This document shows, in pieces, positions 1 to 9,415 of a stretch of DNA of 64,000 nucleotides (its first letter is position 1; the number at the start of each line of letters is the position of its first letter). The notes beneath the pieces were generated by a model. It made no database searches and was not told where the DNA came from. It was given only the letters and a program-made list of their open reading frames with translations. The position numbers were made by a program, and so were the translations under genes. The stretch is taken from NCBI GenBank assembly GCA_022843485.1, contig JALHNM010000002.1:94238-158237 (forward strand), written 5' to 3'. The DNA is from Fimbriimonadaceae bacterium (GTDB lineage: Bacteria > Armatimonadota > Fimbriimonadia > Fimbriimonadales > Fimbriimonadaceae).

Positions 1-1
1 C

Positions 2-232
2 CTCAGCCCCGCGAAGGTCAACACTTTGCGGCTGAACGAGGAGGAGCGCAGCGCCTACGTCATCGTCCCGGACACTCAGCTTTCGCTGGCGATCGGCCGC
101 GGGGGCCAGAACGTCCGGCTCGCCGCCCGGTTGACCGAGTGGAAGATCGACATCCGGAGCGAGTCGCAGGCGGCCCAAGAGGCTAAGGAGCGGGCCGGTT
201 CCAACCCCGCACCGGAGGCTCCCGGCGGCTAA
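2..232 (+). CDS. nusA: NusA C-terminal fragment (gene starts upstream of window)
   Basis: ORF 26..232 encodes the KH-domain motif [30 protein letters not shown]; sits immediately upstream of ylxR-infB as in the conserved nusA-infB operon. Confidence 0.8.
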   Translation, partial: LSPAKVNTLRLNEEERSAYVIVPDTQLSLAIGRGGQNVRLAARLTEWKIDIRSESQAAQEAKERAGSNPAPEAPGG

Positions 233-251
233 GTCGCCCGTCCGCACCTGC

Positions 252-488
252 GTGGTCTGCCGCCGCCGTCGGCCGCAGACCGAGCTCGTCCGCGTTCGTT
301 GGGACGAGACGCAAGGGCGGCTCGCGACCGGGCCACAGGGGACGGGGCGTAGCGTCTACGCCTGCCCAGAGCCGCCTTGTCCACACGGCCTCTTCGAGCG
401 CGGACGGCTCGAACGGGGTCTGCGCCGACCCCTCAGCGACGGGGTGAAGGGATCGTTGTCTCAGGAGATCACGTGCCAGCAGAGGTAA
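252..488 (+). CDS. YlxR/DUF448 family RNA-binding protein
   Basis: Start of the ORF reads RRRRPQTELVRVRWDETQGRLATGP, the YlxR-type N-terminus; located between nusA and infB; its stop overlaps the infB start region. Confidence 0.6.
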   Translation: MVCRRRRPQTELVRVRWDETQGRLATGPQGTGRSVYACPEPPCPHGLFERGRLERGLRRPLSDGVKGSLSQEITCQQR

Positions 489-2428
489 AACCAGCCGGAA
501 TGACTGTCGTCGTCGAAGAGTTCGCCAAGAAACACGGGTTCGTGAAAGACACCGTTCTCGAGGTCTTGGCCGAACTTGGGGTCGAGGTCGAGGGCGGGGC
601 GTTCGAAGCCGACGCCGACGCGCTCGACCTTATCATCGAGGAACTCAAGGGGAGGGTGGCCCCTGCGGCGGACGTACTCGTTCTGGCCCCGGGCCGGACC
701 CCACGCGACCTGGCTGCGGCCATGGGCAAGCCGGACAAGGACGTCCTCAAGACGCTCATGACCAAGGTCAAGGTCATGGCGACCCTGACGACCACGCTCG
801 CCGACGACGTCGCCGAGAAGCTGGCCGCAGAGCTGGGCTTCAAGGTGCGCTGGGAGCAGCCGGAGGCGGCCAAGCCCGCCGCCAAGGCCGCCAAGCCTTC
901 AGGCCCCGCGAAGCCGGGGGAGAAGTCGCTCCGCCCGCCCGTCGTCACGATCCTCGGGCACGTCGACCACGGGAAGACGTCGCTCCTCGACTACATCCGC
1001 AAGACCAACGTCGTCAGCCGGGAGCACGGCGGCATCACGCAGCACATCGGCGCCTACCAGGTCAACCTGAAGGAGGGGACGATCACCTTCCTCGACACCC
1101 CGGGCCACGCGGCCTTTACCGCGATGCGTGCCCGCGGGGCCCAGGTGACGGACATCGCCGTCCTCGTCGTCGCGGCGGACGACGGCATCATGCCCCAGAC
1201 GATCGAGGCGATCAGCCACGCCAAGAACGCCGACGTGCCGATCATCGTCGCCGTCAACAAGATCGATAAGCCGGGCGCCAACCCGGACCGGGTGCTCCAA
1301 CAGCTCACCCAGTACGAGCTTATCCCCGAGGCTTACGGCGGCGAGGTGATCACCTGCCCGGTCTCGGCCCTGACTGGGGAAGGGGTGCCGCAGCTCCTCG
1401 AGATGATCCTGCTCCAGGCCGAGGTGCTCGAACTGAAGGCCGACCCCCGGGGGGCCCTCGAGGGCGTCGTCATCGAGGCCAAGCTCGATAAGGGCCGCGG
1501 GCCGGTGGCGACCGTCCTCGTCGAGGAGGGCACGCTCCACGTCGGCGACGTGGTCGTGATCGGTCGGACGTGGGGCAAGCTCAAGGCGATGACCGACTGG
1601 CAGGGCGAGCGGCTCAAGCTGGCCGGCCCGTCCACCCCGGTCGAGATCCTCGGCCTGGCCGAAGTCCCGATGGCGGGCGACACGATGGAACCGGCCAAGG
1701 ACGAACGCGAGGCCCGCGAGGTCACTACCGCCCGGCAACAGGCCGAACGCGTCCGTGCCCTCACTTCGCCGAAGAGGAAGGTCAGCCTCAAGGACATCCG
1801 CAAGATGGGCGAAGAGGACACGGTCAAGGACCTCAACCTCATCGTGAAGGCGGACGTCCAAGGGTCGGTCGAGGCGGTCAAGGGGCTGCTCGACAAGATC
1901 GAGAACGAAGAGGTCAACGTCCGGGTCATCCACACGGGCGTAGGCTCGATCACCGAGTCGGACATCCTGCTCGCGAGCGCGGCCCACGCTATCGTCGTCG
2001 GGTTCAACGTCAAGCCGGAGGGCGGAGCCAAGATCGAGGCCGAGCGGCAGAAGATCGAGATCCGCACCTACACGATCATCTACGAGCTCATCGAGGACAT
2101 CGAGGCGGCCGTGAAGGGCATGCTCGAACCGAAGTTCGAGGAGCAGTACCACGGCACCGTCGAGGTCCGGATGGTATTCAAGCTCACGAAGGCAGGGAAG
2201 GTCGCGGGCTCGCACTGTACGGACGGCAAGATCACGCGGAACTCGAGCGTTCGCGTACGCCGGGACAAGGAGATCGTGTTCGAAGGGAAGCTGGCCTCAG
2301 TCCGCAACGTGAAAGAGGACGTCCGCGAGATCATCGCCGGTCAGGACTGCGGACTCAAGTTCGACGGGTGGGAGGACTTCAAGGACGGAGACCTCATCGA
2401 GGCGTACGAACTAGTCCAGGTGAACTGA
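473..2428 (+). CDS. infB: translation initiation factor IF-2
   Basis: GTP-binding motifs [32 protein letters not shown]. Track ORF starts at TTG 377; GTG at ~473 preceded by AGGAG (464-468) is the more likely start; ATG at 500 is an alternative. Confidence 0.9.
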   Translation: MPAEVKPAGMTVVVEEFAKKHGFVKDTVLEVLAELGVEVEGGAFEADADALDLIIEELKGRVAPAADVLVLAPGRTPRDLAAAMGKPDKDVLKTLMTKVKVMATLTTTLADDVAEKLAAELGFKVRWEQPEAAKPAAKAAKPSGPAKPGEKSLRPPVVTILGHVDHGKTSLLDYIRKTNVVSREHGGITQHIGAYQVNLKEGTITFLDTPGHAAFTAMRARGAQVTDIAVLVVAADDGIMPQTIEAISHAKNADVPIIVAVNKIDKPGANPDRVLQQLTQYELIPEAYGGEVITCPVSALTGEGVPQLLEMILLQAEVLELKADPRGALEGVVIEAKLDKGRGPVATVLVEEGTLHVGDVVVIGRTWGKLKAMTDWQGERLKLAGPSTPVEILGLAEVPMAGDTMEPAKDEREAREVTTARQQAERVRALTSPKRKVSLKDIRKMGEEDTVKDLNLIVKADVQGSVEAVKGLLDKIENEEVNVRVIHTGVGSITESDILLASAAHAIVVGFNVKPEGGAKIEAERQKIEIRTYTIIYELIEDIEAAVKGMLEPKFEEQYHGTVEVRMVFKLTKAGKVAGSHCTDGKITRNSSVRVRRDKEIVFEGKLASVRNVKEDVREIIAGQDCGLKFDGWEDFKDGDLIEAYELVQVN

Positions 2429-2444
2429 ACGGGGGCAAGGAGGG

Positions 2445-2744
2445 ATGGGGGGCCGGGCCAGTCGCACTCGAAAGCGGGGGGTCGCCCTCTCTTCCGAGGC
2501 GGTCGCCCTCGTCGAGGCGGCCCTCGACGAGGCGTGGCGCCGGTCGGGACGGCTGGAGAAGCTGACCTGGGAACGCCGGGCGCTGCTGTTGGGCTTGGGT
2601 GAGGCCACGACCAAACGCCTGCTGCAGGGCAAGCCGGTCGATCGGGCGACTATCGACATCGCCTTCGCCCATCTCGGCCGTTGGTGGCTTCAGGGGCAAC
2701 CAGTTCGCCGGAGGTTCCGGGGGAGCGATACGACTTGTCGGTGA
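2445..2744 (+). CDS. hypothetical protein
   Basis: 99-aa ORF directly downstream of infB; no recognisable domain; may be spurious. Confidence 0.25.
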   Translation: MGGRASRTRKRGVALSSEAVALVEAALDEAWRRSGRLEKLTWERRALLLGLGEATTKRLLQGKPVDRATIDIAFAHLGRWWLQGQPVRRRFRGSDTTCR

Positions 2745-2921
2745 CTCTTTACACCTTTCTGGATCTGCTCGTGCAGAAGGTTCGAATGGTAGTGGTCTTG
2801 GTCAATTCGGCTTGAGGCCAACCAATTCAACGTCGGCAACAATGTCGTCCAGACCGCTTCCGTCCTCCAGCCGATCCCCAACAATACTCCTCAGATTTGG
2901 CCTGATGTCCAGGCGCCCGAA

Positions 2922-3215
2922 GTGCGAATAGACACTGTTAACGCACGGGCGGTGAACACAGACCCAAGCGGGAACATGAGCGTGCCCGACCTCTCGGTCA
3001 CGAGCGGGGGAATGGTTCCGGTCGTGCTCGTCACTCGAAACGTCCCGCCCTCTTGGAAGGTGACACTGCGAAACGTGCGGCAGAACACCAGCACTGCCGC
3101 GTTTGTCCAAGCCACTTTCAACCTGGGGACGGGGAAGTGGGAGGCGATGGTCGAGTTGGGCGACAACGGCAACTACCTCGTGGCCAAGGCGGCGGCGCCG
3201 GGGTACCCGGACTAA
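2922..3215 (+). CDS. hypothetical small protein (GTG start) in a lower-GC patch
   Basis: 97-aa ORF in a lower-GC region (~2700-3230, estimated by eye); only GTG available as in-frame start; no recognisable motif. Confidence 0.25.
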   Translation: MRIDTVNARAVNTDPSGNMSVPDLSVTSGGMVPVVLVTRNVPPSWKVTLRNVRQNTSTAAFVQATFNLGTGKWEAMVELGDNGNYLVAKAAAPGYPD

Positions 3216-3227
3216 GGGGCGAACGGG

Positions 3228-3959
3228 ATGCTCTTCGAGCTTTCCCTCGCCCTGGTCGCGGCCTCGGCGGCCGTGCAGCAGGTGCAGGACGTGGCCGTCT
3301 CGCGCGGGGTGGTCGTTGGGGTGAACCGCACCCAGTCGGCCGACGCCGCAACGAGCCGCGGGGTCGTGATCGGGGTCGACCGCACCAGCAGCGGGAACGT
3401 GGCCACCAGCCGCGGCCTGGTGGTCGGGGTCTTCTCGATCTCGAACGCCAACGCCGCCGTTAGCCGGGGCGTGGTCGCGCTCTCGGGGCCGATCCCGCCG
3501 GACAAGGTGACGGTGCGCCTGGGCCGTCGCGAGGCCGGCGACCTGGCCAGCTTCGCCGCCCAGGACGGGAACGTCTACCGCGTCTGCAAGTTCATCGTGC
3601 CGAATCAGACGGTGCCACCGGTGAACGTCGAGGTCGAGGCCGTCTCGCCCGACCCGGTGCTCGGCCGGGTGGGCCTTCGCACGGTGGCCCGGATGACGGT
3701 GACCGGCTCGTTCCAGCAGCGCCTCGAGCTGTGGGACTGGTCCGCATCGCGCTGGGACCCCACGGACACGGTGGCCTCGGCGATCTCGACGACCCTCCGG
3801 ACCCTGGTCGTGCAATCGACCGGCAACGCGAACCGGTACCTGGACCCGAACCGTCGCCTCCGCGCCCGGTACACGGTTCGCCCGACGGGGCCGGTCGGGA
3901 CGAACGCGTGGTGCGTCGAGACGGACCAGGCGGTCTTCCTGACCGAGCCCGGCCCGTAG
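3228..3959 (+). CDS. secreted protein: signal peptide, 4 tandem ~20-aa repeats, shared C-terminal domain
   Basis: N-terminal hydrophobic signal MLFELSLALVAASAAV; repeats (A/T)SRGVV(V/I)GV(N/D)RT...; C-terminal ~150 aa homologous to the C-termini of the ORFs at 25356, 36769 and 46878. Confidence 0.6.
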   Translation: MLFELSLALVAASAAVQQVQDVAVSRGVVVGVNRTQSADAATSRGVVIGVDRTSSGNVATSRGLVVGVFSISNANAAVSRGVVALSGPIPPDKVTVRLGRREAGDLASFAAQDGNVYRVCKFIVPNQTVPPVNVEVEAVSPDPVLGRVGLRTVARMTVTGSFQQRLELWDWSASRWDPTDTVASAISTTLRTLVVQSTGNANRYLDPNRRLRARYTVRPTGPVGTNAWCVETDQAVFLTEPGP

Positions 3960-3967
3960 AACGGCGC

Positions 3968-3999
3968 GAGGCCGGCCGGGGATCCCCCTGGCCGGCCTC
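3968..3999. terminator. GC-rich inverted repeat between convergent genes
   Basis: GAGGCCGGCCGGGGA/TCCCCCTGGCCGGCCTC perfect palindrome between the + gene ending at 3959 and rplL ending at 4023. Confidence 0.5.
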
Positions 4000-4022
4000 G
4001 CCGTTCGCGGTCCTTTCGGGCC

Positions 4023-4412
<390 letters not shown>

Positions 4413-4418
4413 CTTGTG

Positions 4419-5144
4419 TTACTCCTTGGTTTCGGTGTCCGCGGCCGGTTCTTCGGCGGCCTCGGGGGTCGGGGCGGCGTCTTCGGCCGCGGGGGTTTCG
4501 GGGGCAGCTTCGGCAGCGGCCTCGGCGGGGGCTTCGGCAGCAGGTTCCGGGGCAGCGGGTTCCGGGGTCGCGTCGGCTTCGGGGGCCGCAGGGGCCTCCT
4601 CGGTCTTGGCCGGGAGGGGCGAGCCCTCTGCGACCTTGTCCGCGACGGCTCCGATCACGCGGATCGGGTCGGCGTAGAGCGCCTCGATCGTCCCGACGAG
4701 TGTCGAGAGCGGGGCGGCGATAGCGCCGATGACCTGGGCGATGAGGATGTCACGCGGCGGGAGTTTGCTGAACGACTCGACTTGCTTGTCGCTGAGCGGC
4801 TTCCCGCCGATGAGTCCGCCCTTCACCACGAGCGCCTTGTTCGTCTTCGCGAAGTCCAAGAGGAGCTTGGCGATTTCGGGCTCGTGACCCGACCCGAGGA
4901 AGGCGACGGCCGTGGGGCCGCTGTTGAGCTCGGTGGGCAGGTTCTGGGCGTCGTCCCCGATCGCGATCCGGAACAGGGTGTTCTTCACGACGTGGAACTC
5001 GCCGCCCTTGTCCTTGAGCTGCGAGCGCAGCGCTTGGAGTTGGTGGACTTTGAGCCCGCGGTACTCCGCGAAGATCACCCCGGCTGCCTGGTCGTATTTG
5101 GCTTTCGTCTTTTCGATGACTTGCGCCTTTTCGGCAGTCGGCAT
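4419..5144 (-). CDS. rplJ: 50S ribosomal protein L10 with extended acidic P/E/A-rich C-terminal tail
   Basis: True start at internal Met [36 protein letters not shown] (L10 signature); the ~54 track codons upstream are leader read as protein; C-terminus has a ~65-aa PEA-rich low-complexity extension. Confidence 0.9.
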   Translation of the reverse strand: MPTAEKAQVIEKTKAKYDQAAGVIFAEYRGLKVHQLQALRSQLKDKGGEFHVVKNTLFRIAIGDDAQNLPTELNSGPTAVAFLGSGHEPEIAKLLLDFAKTNKALVVKGGLIGGKPLSDKQVESFSKLPPRDILIAQVIGAIAAPLSTLVGTIEALYADPIRVIGAVADKVAEGSPLPAKTEEAPAAPEADATPEPAAPEPAAEAPAEAAAEAAPETPAAEDAAPTPEAAEEPAADTETKE

Positions 5145-5420
5145 AGTTGTGGATCGCTCCTTCCGCCTGGGTAGGGAAGACCCCCCAGAACGGATCAAGC
5201 TCCCGTCCTTACATGGGAAGCGGGAGCTCGATCCAGCGTCCGACCCGACTGGGCCCGACTCGAAACCTCGTTGTCCACGCCACCCTCGGTCGGCCCGTGC
5301 GAGCACGGTTTATGGCCTGCGGCCACCGACGGTCTTCGGAGAGCGGACCGAGTCTAGCACGCCCGGGCCCGGGCTCGCGGGACCCCGCACTGCAGGCCCC
5401 GGCGGACCCGACCGACAATC
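5145..5420 (-). promoter_or_regulatory. putative rplJ 5' leader (L10 autoregulatory leader) and promoter region
   Basis: ~275-nt untranslated stretch upstream of rplJ; bacterial rplJL operons typically carry an L10(L12)4-binding leader. Inferred from position only; no structure checked. Confidence 0.3.
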
Positions 5421-5426
5421 CACGGT

Positions 5427-5777
5427 ATGGCGTCGGCCTCGAAGCGGTTCGTGTGGCCGGGCGTGCTCGGGTCCTCCCGGTGCGCCCTCGTCGCCGGTCG
5501 GCTGGCCGAGCCGTTCCTCACCGAGCGACGCCAGGCCAACGACGAGGTCTGGGCCGACGGGCGTAACTGGCGGGTCGGGTTCTACTTCGGGGCGGGCGAC
5601 TCCCGGCTCTGGGTGCCCCGCCGTGACCGATGGGGCCGGCCGGTCGATTCGGTCCGGGTCGTGAACTTCGCCCACCCCCGGGGCCGGCGAGCGTTCCGGG
5701 TGCTGGTCCTGGCCTACGGGATCGCAGCCGTGACCGCCGCCCTCTTCACGGCCGCCCTCCTCGGCGTGCGGTGGTGA
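5427..5777 (+). CDS. hypothetical small protein with C-terminal hydrophobic helix
   Basis: 116-aa ORF ending in FRVLVLAYGIAAVTAALFTAALLGV (TM-like); divergent from rplJ. Confidence 0.3.
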   Translation: MASASKRFVWPGVLGSSRCALVAGRLAEPFLTERRQANDEVWADGRNWRVGFYFGAGDSRLWVPRRDRWGRPVDSVRVVNFAHPRGRRAFRVLVLAYGIAAVTAALFTAALLGVRW

Positions 5778-5903
5778 GGGGTCGGGGGCAATCCGGTGCT
5801 CCGGCTTGGCTCCCGAACCGCTCGTGGCTGTAGCCTCTAAAGGGCCCGCTGTCGGCGACCCCGAGGAGGAGGGCAACCGTTCGGGGGTAAACCCGGGGGG
5901 CGG

Positions 5904-6758
5904 ATGGGGGTGCTGGTCACGATCGTGTTGCCCACGAGGAACCGGGCGGGGCTGCTGCCGGAGGCGATCGAGAGCGTCCGGGCGCAGACCTTCGGCGATT
6001 GGGAGCTCATCGTCGTCGACGACGCTTCAGACGACGAAACCACGGCGGTGGTCGAAGGGTTCGCACGCCTCGACGGCCGGGTCCGGCTGCTCCGCAACCC
6101 CAAGAACCTGCACATCGCAGCCTCGCTGAACGCAGGGTTCCAACGGGCGGAGGGGGATCTCTGGACGTGGACGTCCGACGACAACCGACTGCGCCCACCG
6201 ATGCTCGAGCGGCTGGTCCCCGAGTGCCAGAGGGCAGACCTTGCGTACTCCGCGATGGCGCTCATCGACGGCGAGGGGCACGTCACGGGGGGAAAGGCGG
6301 CCCTGCCTCCCCGGTTGCTGCTCCTCGAGAACGTCGTCGGAGCGAGCTTCCTCTATCGGGCAGCCGCGGCGAGGCGAATCGGCGGGTACGACCCCTCTTG
6401 GCGGCTCGTCGAGGATTGGGACCACTGGATCAGGCTCGCGAGCCAGGGCCGGCTGGTAGCCGTGCCGGAGGACCTGTACGAGTACCGTCTGCACGAGGGA
6501 TCGCTGACGGAGACGCGGCGAGGCGAGATCCTGGCCAAGGTCGAGGCGCTGCTCCTCCACCACCTCCCGACGCTTCGGCGACCGCACAGCGCGGCGGCCC
6601 GGCTCCACCTGGCGAGCTATGCCTGGCAGCGGGGCGCCCGCGGGGCCTCGCGGCGGCTGGGGCTGGCCTCGCTCCTGCACGGCGGCCTCGGCTTTCGGGG
6701 CGCCCTCGCCGATAGCCTCCTCGGTTCCGGCTGGTCCCGCCGTCGCCGGGGAGGGTGA
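5904..6758 (+). CDS. family 2 glycosyltransferase
   Basis: VTIVLPTRNRAGLLPEAIESVRAQTFGDWELIVVDDASDDET, GT2 DxD-type N-terminus. Confidence 0.85.
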   Translation: MGVLVTIVLPTRNRAGLLPEAIESVRAQTFGDWELIVVDDASDDETTAVVEGFARLDGRVRLLRNPKNLHIAASLNAGFQRAEGDLWTWTSDDNRLRPPMLERLVPECQRADLAYSAMALIDGEGHVTGGKAALPPRLLLLENVVGASFLYRAAAARRIGGYDPSWRLVEDWDHWIRLASQGRLVAVPEDLYEYRLHEGSLTETRRGEILAKVEALLLHHLPTLRRPHSAAARLHLASYAWQRGARGASRRLGLASLLHGGLGFRGALADSLLGSGWSRRRRGG

Positions 6759-6911
6759 TCGGCCCCGGCGCGACCCTCGCGCGTCGGATCGACCGGATCG
6801 CTCACCAGGGCGAGGCCGACACACCTACTCTCCTGGCTTCGACGGACCGGCGACCGAGCACGTCCGCCGTGTCGGGCACGCCGTCCGCCTCGCGGGGGGC
6901 AGAGGGACACT

Positions 6912-7931
6912 TTAGGGGCGGGTCACACTCACCGTGTTGCTGCCCCGCTCGTTCGAGGTCGTCAAAACGACGAAGACCTTGTAGAAAACCCGCGAGCCCG
7001 GGGCGACGAGCCCCTCGTCGGTCAGGAATTGGAGCGCACCGGGCGGGTTATTGTCGATGACGACCGACTCGTCGGCCTTCCAGCGGTCACCAAAGCACGC
7101 ACGCAGCTCGTACTGGTCGAGGTTGGGGTCGGTACTCGCCGTATAGGTCACGCGAGCCTTCCCGAGCGCCACGTCCCATGTCGCGCTGGCGTTCACAGGG
7201 GCCGGGGTGTGGCCGCGAGCGGCCGTGAGCTTCGGCAACGAGGACACGAAGGGGCTGGTCGACGGGAAGCTGGCCAGCACCGCCTGGCGGTACTGCTTAA
7301 GCCGCTGGTAGACGGGGGCAAAAACGGCGTCCCGCTGCTCGCGCGAGAGCTGCGCGACCTGCTCCGCGCTCGCCAAGGCCACGAAAGAGCTCTTCAGCAG
7401 GTTGCTCTCGCCCGTGAAGAGGATGAGCGTGTACGCCCCGGCCAAGAGAAGCGGCGGGGTGAACCCGCTCACCGGCGGGGAGTTCGTGTTCACCGTCGTC
7501 CAGAGGCTGCTCATGTCGTCTAGGGCGTCGCGCCACTTACCGGGGGAGGCGGTAAAGGGCGGCGTCCTGGGGATCGCCCGCTGGTAGCGGGAGCCAGGCA
7601 GCTGGGCGTTGATCGCCGCTCGAAACTGGGCAAAGCGAGGCCGCACGGAGGCACGCCGAACGTCACGCTCGCCCCGAGCCGTCTGCTCGACGTTAAGCCT
7701 AGTCTGCACCTCGGTCACGGCCGCATCGACCGCGGCACGGTCAGTGACGAGGTTGGCCCTAGCATACGCACCGCTGAGCGTCAAAGCCCCAGGCGCAAGG
7801 GCTGTGTTCACGTCCTGCCAGTGCTGCAGGAACTCGTCCATAGTCGGAAGCCACGACGCCACACCAGTGATCGGCATAGTGCGTGCCAGTGTACCACAGT
7901 TAATAGGCGAAGGCCACCTTTTGTGACACAT
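6912..7931 (-). CDS. hypothetical protein
   Basis: 339-aa ORF with no recognised motif; possible alternative starts at internal Met residues (MPITGV, MDEFLQ); lies downstream of the Pnkp ligase ORF after a ~220-bp gap. Confidence 0.45.
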   Translation of the reverse strand: MCHKRWPSPINCGTLARTMPITGVASWLPTMDEFLQHWQDVNTALAPGALTLSGAYARANLVTDRAAVDAAVTEVQTRLNVEQTARGERDVRRASVRPRFAQFRAAINAQLPGSRYQRAIPRTPPFTASPGKWRDALDDMSSLWTTVNTNSPPVSGFTPPLLLAGAYTLILFTGESNLLKSSFVALASAEQVAQLSREQRDAVFAPVYQRLKQYRQAVLASFPSTSPFVSSLPKLTAARGHTPAPVNASATWDVALGKARVTYTASTDPNLDQYELRACFGDRWKADESVVIDNNPPGALQFLTDEGLVAPGSRVFYKVFVVLTTSNERGSNTVSVTRP

Positions 7932-8152
7932 AGGTCAACCGGCGTTAAAAAAGGGTCGCCTTCAGGCCGTAACTGTCGGTCTGCAAGGCACGACTGTCAG
8001 CCTACGGGCCTTACCGGTAAGGCTTCAAACGGCTCCCGTCGAGCTAGAACACACGGCCGTAGAGCTTCGGCTCATGAACGTGTGCCGTTTGGAGAGGACT
8101 GCTGGCCTAGCGGCCGTGCGTGCTGGGTGCTGCGACCGGGTGGGGCGCGAAC

Positions 8153-9400
8153 CTAGAGCCGCGGGTCGACGGGCTCGCTCTCAAGGGCGAGTACGGCGAA
8201 GGCGCACTCGTGGACCCGTCGCAACGGCTGCCGAGCGACGAACCGCTGGAGCCCTTCGAGCCCGAGCGCGAACTCGCGGAGGGCCAAGGAGCGCTTGGCT
8301 GCGAGCCCCCGTTGGCGGAGGCGGTCCAGGTTGTCCGGTGCAAGGTAGTCCGGGCCGTAGATAATGCGCAAGTACTCGAGTCCGCGGACCTTCAAGGCCG
8401 GTTGCGCCAGCCCCTTGCGCCCTTTGGCGACGAACGACGACGGTTTGACGACCATCCCCTCGCCGCCCGACCCGACCAAGTCCTCCCACCACTCGACCGC
8501 GGCGGCTACGGCGGACTCATCGGCGAGTTCGACCTCGCGCCAGGGCGTTGCGGACAGGAGTTGGCGATCGACGGAGCAGACCGAGGCCAGTTCGTCCATG
8601 TGCTGGGCGTGGGGGAGGACGGCCCAGACCCGTCCCTCCGTCGCCATCACGTGGAACGGGGCCAGCCGGTACCCGGCAAGCCCGTCCACGGGCCAGCAGT
8701 AGCGTCGGTAGGCCTCGACGTACAGGCCGAGGGCGGCGCGCCGGGAGCCCAAGCGGGCGGCGAGGGCATCGACGAGCGGATCGGGCCCCGCCGTCGCCGC
8801 TGCGGCGGAGACGGCGGCCTCGGCGGCGGCCAACGACGCAGCTCCCGCCGCCCCGACGGGGGCGTACTGGGTGCGGAGCAGCTCTTGGGCCTTGGCCGAC
8901 CAGGGCATCAGCTCGCAGTCGATCACTGCCCAGTCCGTGCGCCACGCTTCCCACCGCCCGGACTCACCGATGGCCTTCGCCACTCGACCGATCAGTGCCG
9001 CCTCGAGGTCTAGGTCGGTGAAGAACCGCCGACCGGTGCGGGTGAGGACGATTCCGGTCTCGCCGGTCTCGACTCCGAAGCGCGCGCGGGCCGCTTTGGC
9101 GTCGCGGCAGACGACGACGACGGCCCGCGACCCCATGTGCTTCTCCTCGAGCACGACTCGCTCGACGCCCTCGTCCCGGAAGTAGCTGAACGCCTCCTCT
9201 GGGCGCTCCAGGTAGCCGGGTTCCTTGCTCGTCTGGACGGGTGACATGGTCGGCGGGAGGTAGACCATCCACTTCGGGTTCGCGCCGTAGCGGCTGACGA
9301 CCTCGAGCGCGGCCGAGGAGTTCTGTGCCTGGATCGTCACGCGCGACATGAGGGATGTCTCGACATACCTGCGGCCGAGCACGTCCTCCATGTCGAGCAC
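8153..9400 (-). CDS. pnkp: Pnkp C-terminal RNA-ligase (nucleotidyltransferase) domain, separated from the kinase-phosphatase part by an in-frame stop
   Basis: Contains EEKHMGSR (lysine nucleotidyltransferase motif I-like) and a C-terminal region resembling bacterial Pnkp ligase domains; same reading frame as ORF 9416..10771, separated by TAA at 9416-9418 plus 5 codons. Confidence 0.75.
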   Translation of the reverse strand: MLDMEDVLGRRYVETSLMSRVTIQAQNSSAALEVVSRYGANPKWMVYLPPTMSPVQTSKEPGYLERPEEAFSYFRDEGVERVVLEEKHMGSRAVVVVCRDAKAARARFGVETGETGIVLTRTGRRFFTDLDLEAALIGRVAKAIGESGRWEAWRTDWAVIDCELMPWSAKAQELLRTQYAPVGAAGAASLAAAEAAVSAAAATAGPDPLVDALAARLGSRRAALGLYVEAYRRYCWPVDGLAGYRLAPFHVMATEGRVWAVLPHAQHMDELASVCSVDRQLLSATPWREVELADESAVAAAVEWWEDLVGSGGEGMVVKPSSFVAKGRKGLAQPALKVRGLEYLRIIYGPDYLAPDNLDRLRQRGLAAKRSLALREFALGLEGLQRFVARQPLRRVHECAFAVLALESEPVDPRL

Positions 9401-9415
9401 GTCGTCCGCTTCGTG

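Noticed and set aside
899-2215. 438-aa minus-strand ORF inside infB, and similar long antisense ORFs (e.g. 2802..3815, 8964..10202, 13376..14536, 16069..17442, 16941..18314, 18230..19357, 22869..24233, 24047..25252, 25308..27605, 36775..38040, 40911..42779, 43561..44742, 49852..51207, 51398..52522)
   Set aside because: Arg/Pro/Gly-rich translations antisense or out of frame to well-supported genes. They are the typical stop-codon-poor artefacts of ~68% GC DNA.
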